The notes beneath the pieces are model-generated. The model did not search any database. It saw only the letters and a list, made by a program, of their open reading frames with translations, and was not told where the DNA came from. A stretch of 64,000 nucleotides of DNA from Sedimentisphaerales bacterium. GTDB lineage: Bacteria > Planctomycetota > Phycisphaerae > Sedimentisphaerales > SM23-30. Both the position numbers and the translations under genes were made by a program. Where the stretch lies: the NCBI GenBank assembly GCA_963666285.1, contig OY762711.1. The stretch is one strand, 5' to 3'. This document shows positions 38,720 through 47,979 of this stretch, in pieces; position 1 is the first letter of the stretch, and each line of letters starts with the position of its first letter.

Positions 38720-39301
38720 ATGACAGACAATGATAATATAGGATTAAGAGATGAATCTGCGGGCGAGCGAGTGAACCCGTATAGTGTAATTCTGCTGATA
38801 GCAGTGTGGTCAATAGTTCGTGCGACATTGTTTCGCTATTCGCCGAAGCATTGTTATTTTTTTCGCAGATTTTTGTTAAGACTTTTTGGAGCTAAACTGG
38901 CATCCAGGGTATATATATATCCGAGTGTTCGAATAGAATATCCCTGGAAGCTGATAATGGAAGATTATACCAGTGTTGGTAGAGAAGCGTGGATCTATAA
39001 TCTCGAAACGGTCGAGGTTAAGAAGTTTGCGACAATATCACAGCGAGCTCATCTATGCGGCGGTACTCATGATTATCGCCTGAAGAACTTTCCCCTTGTG
39101 AGAAAGCCGATTGTAATAGGTGAGAACTGTTGGATTGCCGCAGAAGTGTTTATCGTACCGGGAGTTACAATTGGGAAAAACGCGGTGATAGGAGCGCGTT
39201 CGGTTGTGACTAAAGACATGCCCGCGGATATGATATGTGCGGGTAATCCATGCAAACCTATTAAGAAAAGGCTGGACAATCATCATGTGGGGTATAGCTG
39301 A
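38720..39301 (+). CDS. wcaF: WcaF-like hexapeptide-repeat acetyltransferase
   Basis: R.FLLRLFGA, I.YPWKL, ISQ.AHLC.GTHDY, PI.IG..CWI, GARSVV.KD.P and AGNP. Confidence 0.85.
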   Translation: MTDNDNIGLRDESAGERVNPYSVILLIAVWSIVRATLFRYSPKHCYFFRRFLLRLFGAKLASRVYIYPSVRIEYPWKLIMEDYTSVGREAWIYNLETVEVKKFATISQRAHLCGGTHDYRLKNFPLVRKPIVIGENCWIAAEVFIVPGVTIGKNAVIGARSVVTKDMPADMICAGNPCKPIKKRLDNHHVGYS

Positions 39302-40073
39302 TTCATCGCAGGTGTCGGAAGAGCGAGTTAGATACCTGTCAGGTCGTTTGACGAATTTTTACAGTTCTTATAGAGAGTATCCTGTATTTAACGAAACACC
39401 GGACCATACCGGGTGGTATATTAATTTTCTGGAATATATAAAACCCGGATATAGAGTTTTGGAGCTGGGTGCAGGAAAGACAGTCTTTGGCGATTTTGCC
39501 AAAGAGCATAAGCTCGATATTGAGTTTCATGCCCAGGATATTACAGATATCAATAGTCAGTGGCTTTCGGAACATTCTGACAGGGTCTGGCTGTGTGATA
39601 TAGATGAAATTAAAGGTGAGAAATATGATTTGATATTTTCCACTTATGTGATAGAGCACCTGGTTGACCCGGAAAATTTCCTGGAGCAAGTTGATAAATT
39701 ACTCAAGCCGGGCGGTATTCATATTATCTTAGGCCCTAACTATGATTACCCTGGATATTTATGTCCGTCGTTGAGACATCATGCTTTATTGAACAGGATT
39801 TTATTAACTGTGTATCTGCTATTTATTAACCTGTCCAGATTGTTCAGGAGGAGAGCTTTATTCCTGGTAAACTATGACCCGGCAGTATTGCATCAGAGCT
39901 GATATCGTGATGCCGATGCCTGTCATATTGTGTCCCGGTTGGGGATGAGGAAGTGGTTCAAGTCGAAAGGGTATCGTGTCAAGACGATGAAATTCAGCGG
40001 AAAAAGAATAATAGACAAGATATTCAGGATGTGCTTTGTCCTGAAGCTTGTTTGTATTAAGAAAAAGAGCTAA
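39285..40073 (+). pseudogene. Class I SAM methyltransferase interrupted by an in-frame TGA at 39900-39902
   Basis: VLELGAG, YDLIFS.YV.EH..DP and LKPGG. After the TGA the frame stays open for 56 codons (YRDADACHIVSR...) to TAA 40071-40073, filling the gap to the next gene. Confidence 0.7.
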
Positions 40074-40092
40074 TTCAGGAAATGCATCGAGG

Positions 40093-41217
40093 ATGAGAAT
40101 AACAATAGTAACCGGTTCACTATATCCGCTGCCTCCGGTTGGTATAGGGGCGGTGGAAAAACGATGGTACGATTGTGCCAGGTATTTTGCCGGCAAAGGT
40201 CATCAGGTTAAGATGCTAGCCTGTCGCGGCAAAGGTGAGTTGAGCTATGAAAAGGTTGACGGAGTTGAGATTTATCGTTCGACGAACTTTACCAGCAGCA
40301 GGAAGTTGATGGTAAATGTATTTTATGAGTTTTTATATTCGCTATGGACGTTGGGCAGGCTGCCGGAAGCAGATGTTACGGTGGTTAATTCGGTTTGGCT
40401 GCCGATTTTTGCCTGTTTGAGAAAAGGGAAGGCCGGCAAGATATTTTATAACCTGGCGAGATATCCGAAAGGGCATTTGTGGTTATATAAACATGTTGAC
40501 AGGATTTCGGCAGGAAGCAGGGCGGTATATAATGCCGCTATAGAACAGACCCCTGCGATTAAAGGTAAAATGACTATTATTCCGAATCCGATTAACACGG
40601 AGATATTTTATAAAGCCATAAGGCAGGAAACAGAAGCAGAGAAAATAGTAATCGTATATAGCGGTCGGATTCACCCGGAAAAAGGTATAGAGATATTGAT
40701 AGATGCTGCCAGAGAGATTTTTCGGACGAATTCTGAAATAATCCTGCGACTGATAGGTACATGGGATATTGATAAGAGTGGTGGGGGCGAGAAATATGCT
40801 GCCGAGCTGCGTGAAAGAGCCGGTGATTTGCCGATTGAATTTACAGGTGCGATATCTAAGCCGGTTGATCTGGCAGAAGAGCTCAGGGCCGGGCATATAT
40901 ATGTCTATCCTTCGGTAGCAGATAAGGGGGAGGCCTTTGGTATTGCTCCGCTGGAAGCTATGGCACTGGGGCTGCCGGTAATAGTTTCAGAGTTGGATTG
41001 TTTTAAGGATTTTGTAGAAGACGGTAAAACCGGTTTGATATTCGATCATAAAAGTGACAAACCGTCGGCTAAGCTGGCAGGATGTATAAACAGGTTGTTG
41101 ACTGATGCTGCTTTGCGGGCAGAGATAGCAGGAAATGCAGCAGAAGCGGCGAAAAGATTCAGTATAGATAATATTGCAGAGCAATACCTGGCAGAATTTC
41201 AATCTCTGTGTGGTTAA
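40093..41217 (+). CDS. Glycosyltransferase family 4
   Basis: P.PP...GAVEK, YSGRIHPEKG and YPS....GEAFG.APLEAMA.G; start at MRITIVTG. Confidence 0.9.
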   Translation: MRITIVTGSLYPLPPVGIGAVEKRWYDCARYFAGKGHQVKMLACRGKGELSYEKVDGVEIYRSTNFTSSRKLMVNVFYEFLYSLWTLGRLPEADVTVVNSVWLPIFACLRKGKAGKIFYNLARYPKGHLWLYKHVDRISAGSRAVYNAAIEQTPAIKGKMTIIPNPINTEIFYKAIRQETEAEKIVIVYSGRIHPEKGIEILIDAAREIFRTNSEIILRLIGTWDIDKSGGGEKYAAELRERAGDLPIEFTGAISKPVDLAEELRAGHIYVYPSVADKGEAFGIAPLEAMALGLPVIVSELDCFKDFVEDGKTGLIFDHKSDKPSAKLAGCINRLLTDAALRAEIAGNAAEAAKRFSIDNIAEQYLAEFQSLCG

Positions 41218-41261
41218 TATATGCAGAGCAAGTTGGAAAGAGCCTAAAACAAGAGTAAATT

Positions 41262-42422
41262 TTGAAAATTATCCAGATATCAGGTCCGCTTCGAATAAGT
41301 ACCGGAGGTCCGAGGTATACAATTCAACGACTGTGTAACCTGCTGGGCAACAGGCATGATGTTAGAATAAGATTTATCGGCAGTGCGTTAGATGATCCTA
41401 TCGAGTGGGAAAGTGGTAATATAGAGTATTGCCAGATACCGGCATCAAAAAATCCATTAACATTGTTACCGTATAAGAATCTGCCGGATGATATATTAGA
41501 CGGGGTAGAGATAATTCATTCACACGGTTTATGGCACAGGGCAAATTATGTTGCCGGTGTTTTAGCAAAAGATAAGGTCCATGTCATTACTCCGCGCGGT
41601 ATGCTGACCAGGTGGTCGTTTAATTATAACAGGTGGAAAAAACGTCTTGCCTGGTGGACATTTGAAAAGAAAATAGTGCAGAGGGCAAGCTGCCTGCATG
41701 CTACAAGTCTGGATGAGGCAAAAGATCTGCGTGATATGGGTTTAAGAAATCCGATAGCAGTGATACCAAATGGTATTGATGTGCCGGAAGGGAAGCCGGT
41801 TCCATCCCGTGAAATCCTTGAAGAGAGATGGCCGGTGCTGCGTGATAAGAAGATTATGCTGTTTATGTCCCGGATTCATAAGAAAAAAGGTCTGGATATG
41901 CTGGCTGAGATTTGGGGCGAACTGGCGAGTAAGTATAAAGACTGGCACCTGGTGATTGCCGGAACAGACAAGGATAATCACTGGCATGAAGTAGAAAAGA
42001 TATTGCTGAATAACGGAGCGATAAATTCTACTCTTTATGTTGGTTTGCAGCATGGCAGGGAAAAAGAAGCCTTGCTGGCATCGTGTGAATTTGCGGTACT
42101 GCCGACTTTTAGTGAAAACTTTGGGGTAGTGATTGGCGAGGTTTTGGCGTATGGCAGGCCGGTTGTAACAACAACGGGGGCGCCGTGGAAAGAAATAAAT
42201 GAACATGAATGCGGCTGGTGGATAGAGCCGGATAAGGATTGTGTTAGAGATGCCCTGACAGCTGCGTTGGAAACAGATTGTGAAGAGTTGTGCCAGATGG
42301 GGCTTCGGGGAAGAATACTGGTCAAGGAAAAATACGGATGGGATTCAATAGCAGAAGAGATACATAGTGTCTATAAATGGCTGCTGGAAGGAAGAGAAAA
42401 GCCTGGGTGTGTGTTAGAGTGA
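41262..42422 (+). CDS. Glycosyltransferase family 4
   Basis: GGP, HSHGLW, TPRGML, FMSRIH.KKG and PT.SENFG.VIGE.LA.G.PV.TT.GAPW. Confidence 0.9.
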   Translation: MKIIQISGPLRISTGGPRYTIQRLCNLLGNRHDVRIRFIGSALDDPIEWESGNIEYCQIPASKNPLTLLPYKNLPDDILDGVEIIHSHGLWHRANYVAGVLAKDKVHVITPRGMLTRWSFNYNRWKKRLAWWTFEKKIVQRASCLHATSLDEAKDLRDMGLRNPIAVIPNGIDVPEGKPVPSREILEERWPVLRDKKIMLFMSRIHKKKGLDMLAEIWGELASKYKDWHLVIAGTDKDNHWHEVEKILLNNGAINSTLYVGLQHGREKEALLASCEFAVLPTFSENFGVVIGEVLAYGRPVVTTTGAPWKEINEHECGWWIEPDKDCVRDALTAALETDCEELCQMGLRGRILVKEKYGWDSIAEEIHSVYKWLLEGREKPGCVLE

Positions 42423-42427
42423 ATGTA

Positions 42428-43417
42428 ATGAAAGATGCGATAATAAAATACATATTCCGTCATCCGGGTGTATTGGAAATTGTCAAGAGCATTCGGTCAA
42501 GCCAGGTTCATTATAATCCCCTGTTGCGTAATATTCTTTTACGCAAGATAAGGAGTAAATACTCCGGCTGTGAAGGAAAGATCAGGGGAGTGTGTATTGA
42601 GACTATCCTTACCTGTAATGCCAGGTGTGTTATGTGCCGCCATTCATTTGAGAAGATGACCGGCATAATGGATATGGATCTATTTAAAAAGATAATTGAT
42701 GATTGTGATGAGAACGGTATCAGGTTTATAGGGATGAGTATTTATGGTGAACCGATGCTGGATAAGTATTTTATAGAGCAGGTGGCGTATCTGCGAAAAT
42801 ACGGGATGGAATATTGTTTTTTTACAAATGGTTCGCTTATGACAGACGAGAAAGCCCGCCAGCTTGTAGAGATGGGTGGTCTGTCATTGATAAATTTCTC
42901 AATTAATGCTTATGACCCGGATGTATATAAAACGGTTGTCGGACTGGATCGGGAAACGACATATGAAAATATATTGAACTTTATCAGGCTCAAGCGAGAA
43001 TTGGGAGCGGATGATATGACAATATCTGTTTCTTATGTCAGGTGTAAGGAGAATCGTCACGATTTCAGGAGTTTTGTCAGATTCTGGAAGAGGCAAAAGG
43101 GTGTAGACCGGATAATTTTGACAGACCAGATAAAACTGCCGGACAGTTGTGACCCGGCGAAAGATAATTCTCGACCGGTTCTTAGCCGGAAGCTGCCATG
43201 CCGGTCTTTATGGGATTCTCTGAATATTTATTATGATGGCAAAGTAGCACCTTGCTGTGGTGATAATACTCGTACTCTTATTGTAGGTGACATGAATAAG
43301 CAGTCTTTGAAGGAGATAAACCAGGGAGAGAAGCAGGCATCGCTTTGCCGGATGCATCTGGCTGATCGCCGCAAAGAACACCCGGTGTGTTCCAGGTGTA
43401 GATTTGATGGTTTTTAG
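42428..43417 (+). CDS. Radical SAM protein with SPASM/twitch domain
   Basis: CNARCVMC, GEP.LD, TNG and PC..LW....I..DG.V.PCC ... C..C. Confidence 0.87.
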   Translation: MKDAIIKYIFRHPGVLEIVKSIRSSQVHYNPLLRNILLRKIRSKYSGCEGKIRGVCIETILTCNARCVMCRHSFEKMTGIMDMDLFKKIIDDCDENGIRFIGMSIYGEPMLDKYFIEQVAYLRKYGMEYCFFTNGSLMTDEKARQLVEMGGLSLINFSINAYDPDVYKTVVGLDRETTYENILNFIRLKRELGADDMTISVSYVRCKENRHDFRSFVRFWKRQKGVDRIILTDQIKLPDSCDPAKDNSRPVLSRKLPCRSLWDSLNIYYDGKVAPCCGDNTRTLIVGDMNKQSLKEINQGEKQASLCRMHLADRRKEHPVCSRCRFDGF

Positions 43418-43428
43418 GATGGTATAAA

Positions 43429-44289
43429 ATGAGAGATAGTAAAACAATAGAATATATACCGGTATCAGTTGTAGTGCCGGTGAAAAATGAGGAGAAGAAT
43501 ATTGCGCGATGCCTGGAGCAATTAAGTGAGTTTGATGATATTCAGGTAATCGATTCGGGAAGTACCGACAGGACTCCGGAAATTGCGGAAAGCTATCCGA
43601 ATGTCAGGGTTGTGCAATTTGAATGGAGCGGTAAATATCCTAAAAAGCGAAACTGGACCCTGGAGAACTGTGATTTTAAGTATGAGTGGGTTTTGTTTGT
43701 TGATGCAGATGAGTTTTTGTCAGAATCGTTTAAGCGTGAACTGGCAAAGGTGATTGCAACAACAACGCACAATGGCTTTTGGCTGCGGTTTACAAATTAT
43801 TTTATGGGTAAACAGTTGCGTTTCGGCGATATGTTTACCAAGATAGCTCTGGTGAAAAGGGGGTGCGGTCGTTATGAATATACCGAGGAAGATAAATGGT
43901 CGAAACTTGATATGGAAGTACACGAGCCATTGGTGATTGATGGTACGGTAGGTGTGATAAAGAGTAAGATTATTCATGAAGATAGAAAAGGTTTGAAGCA
44001 GTATATCGAGCAGCATAATGAGTATTCATCCTGGGAGACGCGGCAATATTATTCGATAAGAAAGGATCCGGAGATATGGTCAAAAGTATATTTCAGGCGT
44101 AAGCTGAAATATTACCTGCTGCATCAATGGTATTTTGCAATTCTACATTTTGTGTATTCTTATGTTTTCAAATTCGGATTTCTGGATGGTAGAAGAGGGT
44201 TGGTTTTTGCAGTTCTGAAGCTACATTATTATTTTCAGGTTTACTGCAAGGTGGTAGAGTATAAGATGAATTCAGATGAATTCAAATAA
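43429..44289 (+). CDS. Glycosyltransferase family 2
   Basis: SVVVP.KNEE.NI..CL, DSGSTDRT, KRNW.L, VDADE, VHE and GFLDG.RG. Confidence 0.9.
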   Translation: MRDSKTIEYIPVSVVVPVKNEEKNIARCLEQLSEFDDIQVIDSGSTDRTPEIAESYPNVRVVQFEWSGKYPKKRNWTLENCDFKYEWVLFVDADEFLSESFKRELAKVIATTTHNGFWLRFTNYFMGKQLRFGDMFTKIALVKRGCGRYEYTEEDKWSKLDMEVHEPLVIDGTVGVIKSKIIHEDRKGLKQYIEQHNEYSSWETRQYYSIRKDPEIWSKVYFRRKLKYYLLHQWYFAILHFVYSYVFKFGFLDGRRGLVFAVLKLHYYFQVYCKVVEYKMNSDEFK

Positions 44290-44315
44290 ACTAAGGACAC
44301 AATGGGGGTGTTATA

Positions 44316-45128
44316 ATGTTTAGAGGCATGGCGAATCAATTAACAAGGGGATTGGTATTAAAGAGAAAGCTGCCGCAAAGAGTTGGCGGGATATCGATAT
44401 TTGTTTCACCGGTTGCAGCTCTTAGCTATTTAAAATATGACATAGGTAATGTTAATACTATCCCTCAGTTGATAGATGCAGCTGATATGTTCGTAAAAGA
44501 AGGTGATGTAGTATGGGATATAGGGGCAAATGTTGGCATATTCTCTTATGTGTCAGCATGGAAGGCCGGCAGAAATGGTCGTGTGGTCGCTGTTGAGGCA
44601 GATACTTTTCTTGTTGAACTGATGCAGAAGACCAATGAGATACAGGATTATGGAAAAATATCTAAAGTTGATGTTATTCCCGCGGCAGTTTCCAGTAAAT
44701 GCGGGTTTGCCAGGTTAAGCATTGCCGGAAAGGGTAGAGGAGCTAATCACCTTGAAAATGTGAAAGGTTCAACCCAAACCGGTAGAATTCAGAGAAAGAA
44801 CTGGGTATGTGCTATTACTCTGGACAGCATATTGGAAGAGTTTCCTGCTCCAAATGTTATTAAGATTGATGTTGAAGGAGCAGAATATGAAGTCCTGCTT
44901 GGAGCTAAAAGGGTTTTAACTGAATACAAACCTTTGATGATTATCGAAGTTATGAGCGAATTTTCCGAGAAAGTTGCAGAGCTATTGAGGCCTTTTGGTT
45001 ATGTTTTTTACGATATGGACAATCCCGGTTCAGCGGCGGTAGAAATGCCGGCATATAATACAATAGCAGTTCCTTCAGATTTGGAACTGGATATAGAAAA
45101 TATAGCGAGCAACTACAAGCTGAACTGA
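44316..45128 (+). CDS. FkbM family methyltransferase
   Basis: VWDIGANVG, V.AVE, AAVS, TLD and IKIDVEGAE..VL.GA. Confidence 0.9.
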   Translation: MFRGMANQLTRGLVLKRKLPQRVGGISIFVSPVAALSYLKYDIGNVNTIPQLIDAADMFVKEGDVVWDIGANVGIFSYVSAWKAGRNGRVVAVEADTFLVELMQKTNEIQDYGKISKVDVIPAAVSSKCGFARLSIAGKGRGANHLENVKGSTQTGRIQRKNWVCAITLDSILEEFPAPNVIKIDVEGAEYEVLLGAKRVLTEYKPLMIIEVMSEFSEKVAELLRPFGYVFYDMDNPGSAAVEMPAYNTIAVPSDLELDIENIASNYKLN

Positions 45129-45151
45129 AAATGAAAAACTCAGGAATATAA

Positions 45152-46549
45152 GTGCAGAAAAAGACAAAAGCAGCATTAGTCAGGCCGGCAGCCACCTATG
45201 CCAACTGGTACAGACAGCCCTCTTTGGGGATTGTATATATTTGTGAAAATCTCGAGAAGGCCGGTTACCAGGTAAGGATATTTGATGCTTACTATAACGG
45301 CTGGAGTGATAAAGAACTGACAGATAAAATTCTCGAATACGGTCCGGATATACTAGGCGTTTCGGCAATGACTCATGAAGTGTCGAGAGTAGCTGAGTGT
45401 GCAGCAGAGATCAAGCAGCAGCTGGATATTCCCGTTGTTATCGGCGGCTGCCATGTTACAGCATTGCCGGTTGAAACCCTGGAGGAATTTTCTGTATTTG
45501 ATTTTGGTATTACCGGTGAAGGTGAGAAGGTAATCGTAGATCTGGCGGATGCAATAGTTTCCGGGGCAAAAGATTTTAGTAATGTTGACGGGGTTGTCTG
45601 GCGAGCAGGTTCAGGGATAGTGCAAAATAAAGCTCAAGCCTCTCTTTCGGGTGAGGACCTGGAGGAGATCCCGGTAAATGCATTGAGGCAGTATTACCCT
45701 GAAGGGAAAACAGCATTAGCGGCGAAAGAGAAATATTATGTAATATTTTCATCAAGAGGGTGTCCGTACTGTTGTGCTTTTTGTATGCATGTTCTGGGTA
45801 ATAATGTTCGATATCGATCAATTGCCAGTGTAATAGCGGAGATGAAATATGCAATAGAGCATTTTGGAGCCCATACATTTGATTTTTCAGATGAGGTTTT
45901 CTTATTCAATAATGACCGGACCAGGCAACTGCTTCAGGCGTTTATAGATGAAGGCCTGTCTGAAATAATAAGATGGTCCGGCCTTACCAGGGCTAACCTG
46001 GTAACAGATGACCTGATTGCTTTGGCAAAGAAAGCGGGTTGTTTTAAGCTGGAGATGGGAGTGGAGTCAGGTGATGAGCAGGTGTTGATAAATATCAACA
46101 AGAAGATCACTGTTGACCAGGTAAGGAATGCTGTCGGTATAATCAAGAAACATAATATTGACCTGGGGACGTATTATATCCTTGGACATCCCGGCGAAAC
46201 GAAGGAAACTATAAAGAAGACTGTTAATCTGGCAATAGAGCTAAATACAAATACTATAGCTGTAGGTATTATGGTGCCGTATCCGGGTACTAAAGTATAT
46301 AAGATGGCCTGCAATAAAGAGTATGGCTATGAGCTTGTGTCAAAAGACTGGTCAAAGTATGACAAATATGGCGGAAAGGCATTGGCGATAAAAGGCTTAT
46401 CATATGAGTTTATGGAGAAATGGCAGAAAAAGGCTTTGTTTCTGTTGTATTTGAAGAATTATCGTTATGGTGATCTTTTCAGCTATATATGGAAACGGAG
46501 GCAGGCGATAAAGTACTTTTTTAAGAGAAAAATATTTAATCAGCTTTAA
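45152..46549 (+). CDS. B12-binding radical SAM protein
   Basis: P.LG..YI, GGCHVTALP, GEGE, SRGCPYCCAFC, GVESG, ILGHPGET and PYPGT. Confidence 0.9.
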   Translation: MQKKTKAALVRPAATYANWYRQPSLGIVYICENLEKAGYQVRIFDAYYNGWSDKELTDKILEYGPDILGVSAMTHEVSRVAECAAEIKQQLDIPVVIGGCHVTALPVETLEEFSVFDFGITGEGEKVIVDLADAIVSGAKDFSNVDGVVWRAGSGIVQNKAQASLSGEDLEEIPVNALRQYYPEGKTALAAKEKYYVIFSSRGCPYCCAFCMHVLGNNVRYRSIASVIAEMKYAIEHFGAHTFDFSDEVFLFNNDRTRQLLQAFIDEGLSEIIRWSGLTRANLVTDDLIALAKKAGCFKLEMGVESGDEQVLININKKITVDQVRNAVGIIKKHNIDLGTYYILGHPGETKETIKKTVNLAIELNTNTIAVGIMVPYPGTKVYKMACNKEYGYELVSKDWSKYDKYGGKALAIKGLSYEFMEKWQKKALFLLYLKNYRYGDLFSYIWKRRQAIKYFFKRKIFNQL

Positions 46550-46630
46550 AAGTGTAAATTCTTTGCCTATATATAAAGGTAGATAGAGCAAAAGGCTATT
46601 AAATAAAACTAAGAACAGATTTGAATTAAT

Positions 46631-47056
46631 ATGGATGCAATAAAAGAATTTTTTGAGCTGAATGATAAATTTGGCCAGTATATCGGAGTTGAAATAGTTG
46701 AGGTATCCGAGGGCTGCTGTATAGCCCGTATGCCGGTAAAATATTGTCATCTCAATGGAGCAAAAGTCGTGCATGGCGGGGTAATATTTACTCTTGCCGA
46801 TCTGGCATTTGCCGCAGCGGTAAATGCCCACGGCCGAGTAGCGGTAGCTGCCAGTGCCAGCATAACATTTGTAAATGGTGCCAAGCTTGATGACGTATTG
46901 ACTGCCAAAGCGGTTGAGAATCATTTGGGCCACAAAATGGCAAGTTATGAAGTAAAAGTTACTGATCAGGATGATAACTTGATTGCAACTTTTAATGGGC
47001 TGGCATACCGAAAAGAGATAACCCTGAAACAGTTCCTGGAAAAGGGGAAATCGTAA
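46631..47056 (+). CDS. PaaI-family hotdog thioesterase
   Basis: HLNG..VVHGGVIFTLADLAFA.A.N. Confidence 0.9.
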   Translation: MDAIKEFFELNDKFGQYIGVEIVEVSEGCCIARMPVKYCHLNGAKVVHGGVIFTLADLAFAAAVNAHGRVAVAASASITFVNGAKLDDVLTAKAVENHLGHKMASYEVKVTDQDDNLIATFNGLAYRKEITLKQFLEKGKS

Positions 47057-47144
47057 ATGATGATGTCAGTTCCTTATATCTCCGATCAGGTTGAACTGGA
47101 TTTGTGATATAAGTATTTATTAAATAATAGTTTACGTAATAAGG

Positions 47145-47179
47145 GGGCGTGTTCTTATGTAAAGAATACGCCCTTTTTT
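47145..47179 (+). terminator. Intrinsic terminator at the end of the glycan cluster
   Basis: GGGCGTGTTCTT-loop-AAGAATACGCCC followed by TTTTTT. Confidence 0.8.
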
Positions 47180-47457
47180 GTATTATTTGGCCAATAGTAA
47201 GTGTGTTTATAGCCGAAGAGTAAGATGGTATGTTTGTTTCTTTATTAAAATAATATTGTATATTTTACCGGAGGTACAGGTGTGGTATTGCTGTGGTAAA
47301 TTGTGAATATACATGGTTTTACGCGAAATTTATTAGTAGGGGCTTCTAAAAAGCGATATTTTTTTTGATTTTAGGGTACATTATTTCCCGGATAGCGCAG
47401 TTAATATTAGAGAAGAAACATCAATCTATTGATTATTTGGACTATTAGATATTTTTT

Positions 47458-47979
47458 ATGCAAAATGATCACGATAAATTTTTAAGATTGCTAATGGCTA
47501 ATCGTAACCGGATTTTCAGCTATATCCTGAAAATGGTTCCAAACTGGAATGACGCAGAGGATATCATGCAGAATACAAGTTCTGTAATCTGGAAAAAGAT
47601 TGACCAGTATAGAGAAGGTCAGGATTTTGCATCCTGGGGTTGCGGCATTGCAAGATATGAAATTTTATCATTTTTGCGTAAAAAGAAGAACAGCCGTCTG
47701 ATATTTGATGAAGATCTGATGAACCAGATCGAGCAGAATACAGATCGTAAAGATGGAACTAATATAGAAGAGATTAGCAATGCCGCCAGAGATTGTGTTA
47801 AGAAATTAAATTTAACCGATCAAAAAATAGTTCAGTTGCGGTATGATGAAGAGTTGTCGGTCAAGCAGATTTCAAGTCGTTTAAGTCGTTCAGTTCGTGG
47901 ATTATATAAGAGTCTGGCAAGGATTCATGACAACCTGTTAAGTTGCGTAGAGCTAAAAATTGCACAGGAGCGTCAATAA
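47458..47979 (+). CDS. ECF RNA polymerase sigma factor (planctomycete/verrucomicrobial type)
   Basis: DAEDIMQ, F..W...IARY, C..KL and Y..L.RI...L..C; TAATG overlap with the anti-sigma gene. Confidence 0.9.
   Translation: MQNDHDKFLRLLMANRNRIFSYILKMVPNWNDAEDIMQNTSSVIWKKIDQYREGQDFASWGCGIARYEILSFLRKKKNSRLIFDEDLMNQIEQNTDRKDGTNIEEISNAARDCVKKLNLTDQKIVQLRYDEELSVKQISSRLSRSVRGLYKSLARIHDNLLSCVELKIAQERQ

Noticed and set aside
39900..39902. Genome-wide TGA recoding (genetic code 4 or 25)
   Set aside because: Many intact genes here end in TGA at expected positions (for example lspA and flhB), and the other long ORFs have no internal TGA.
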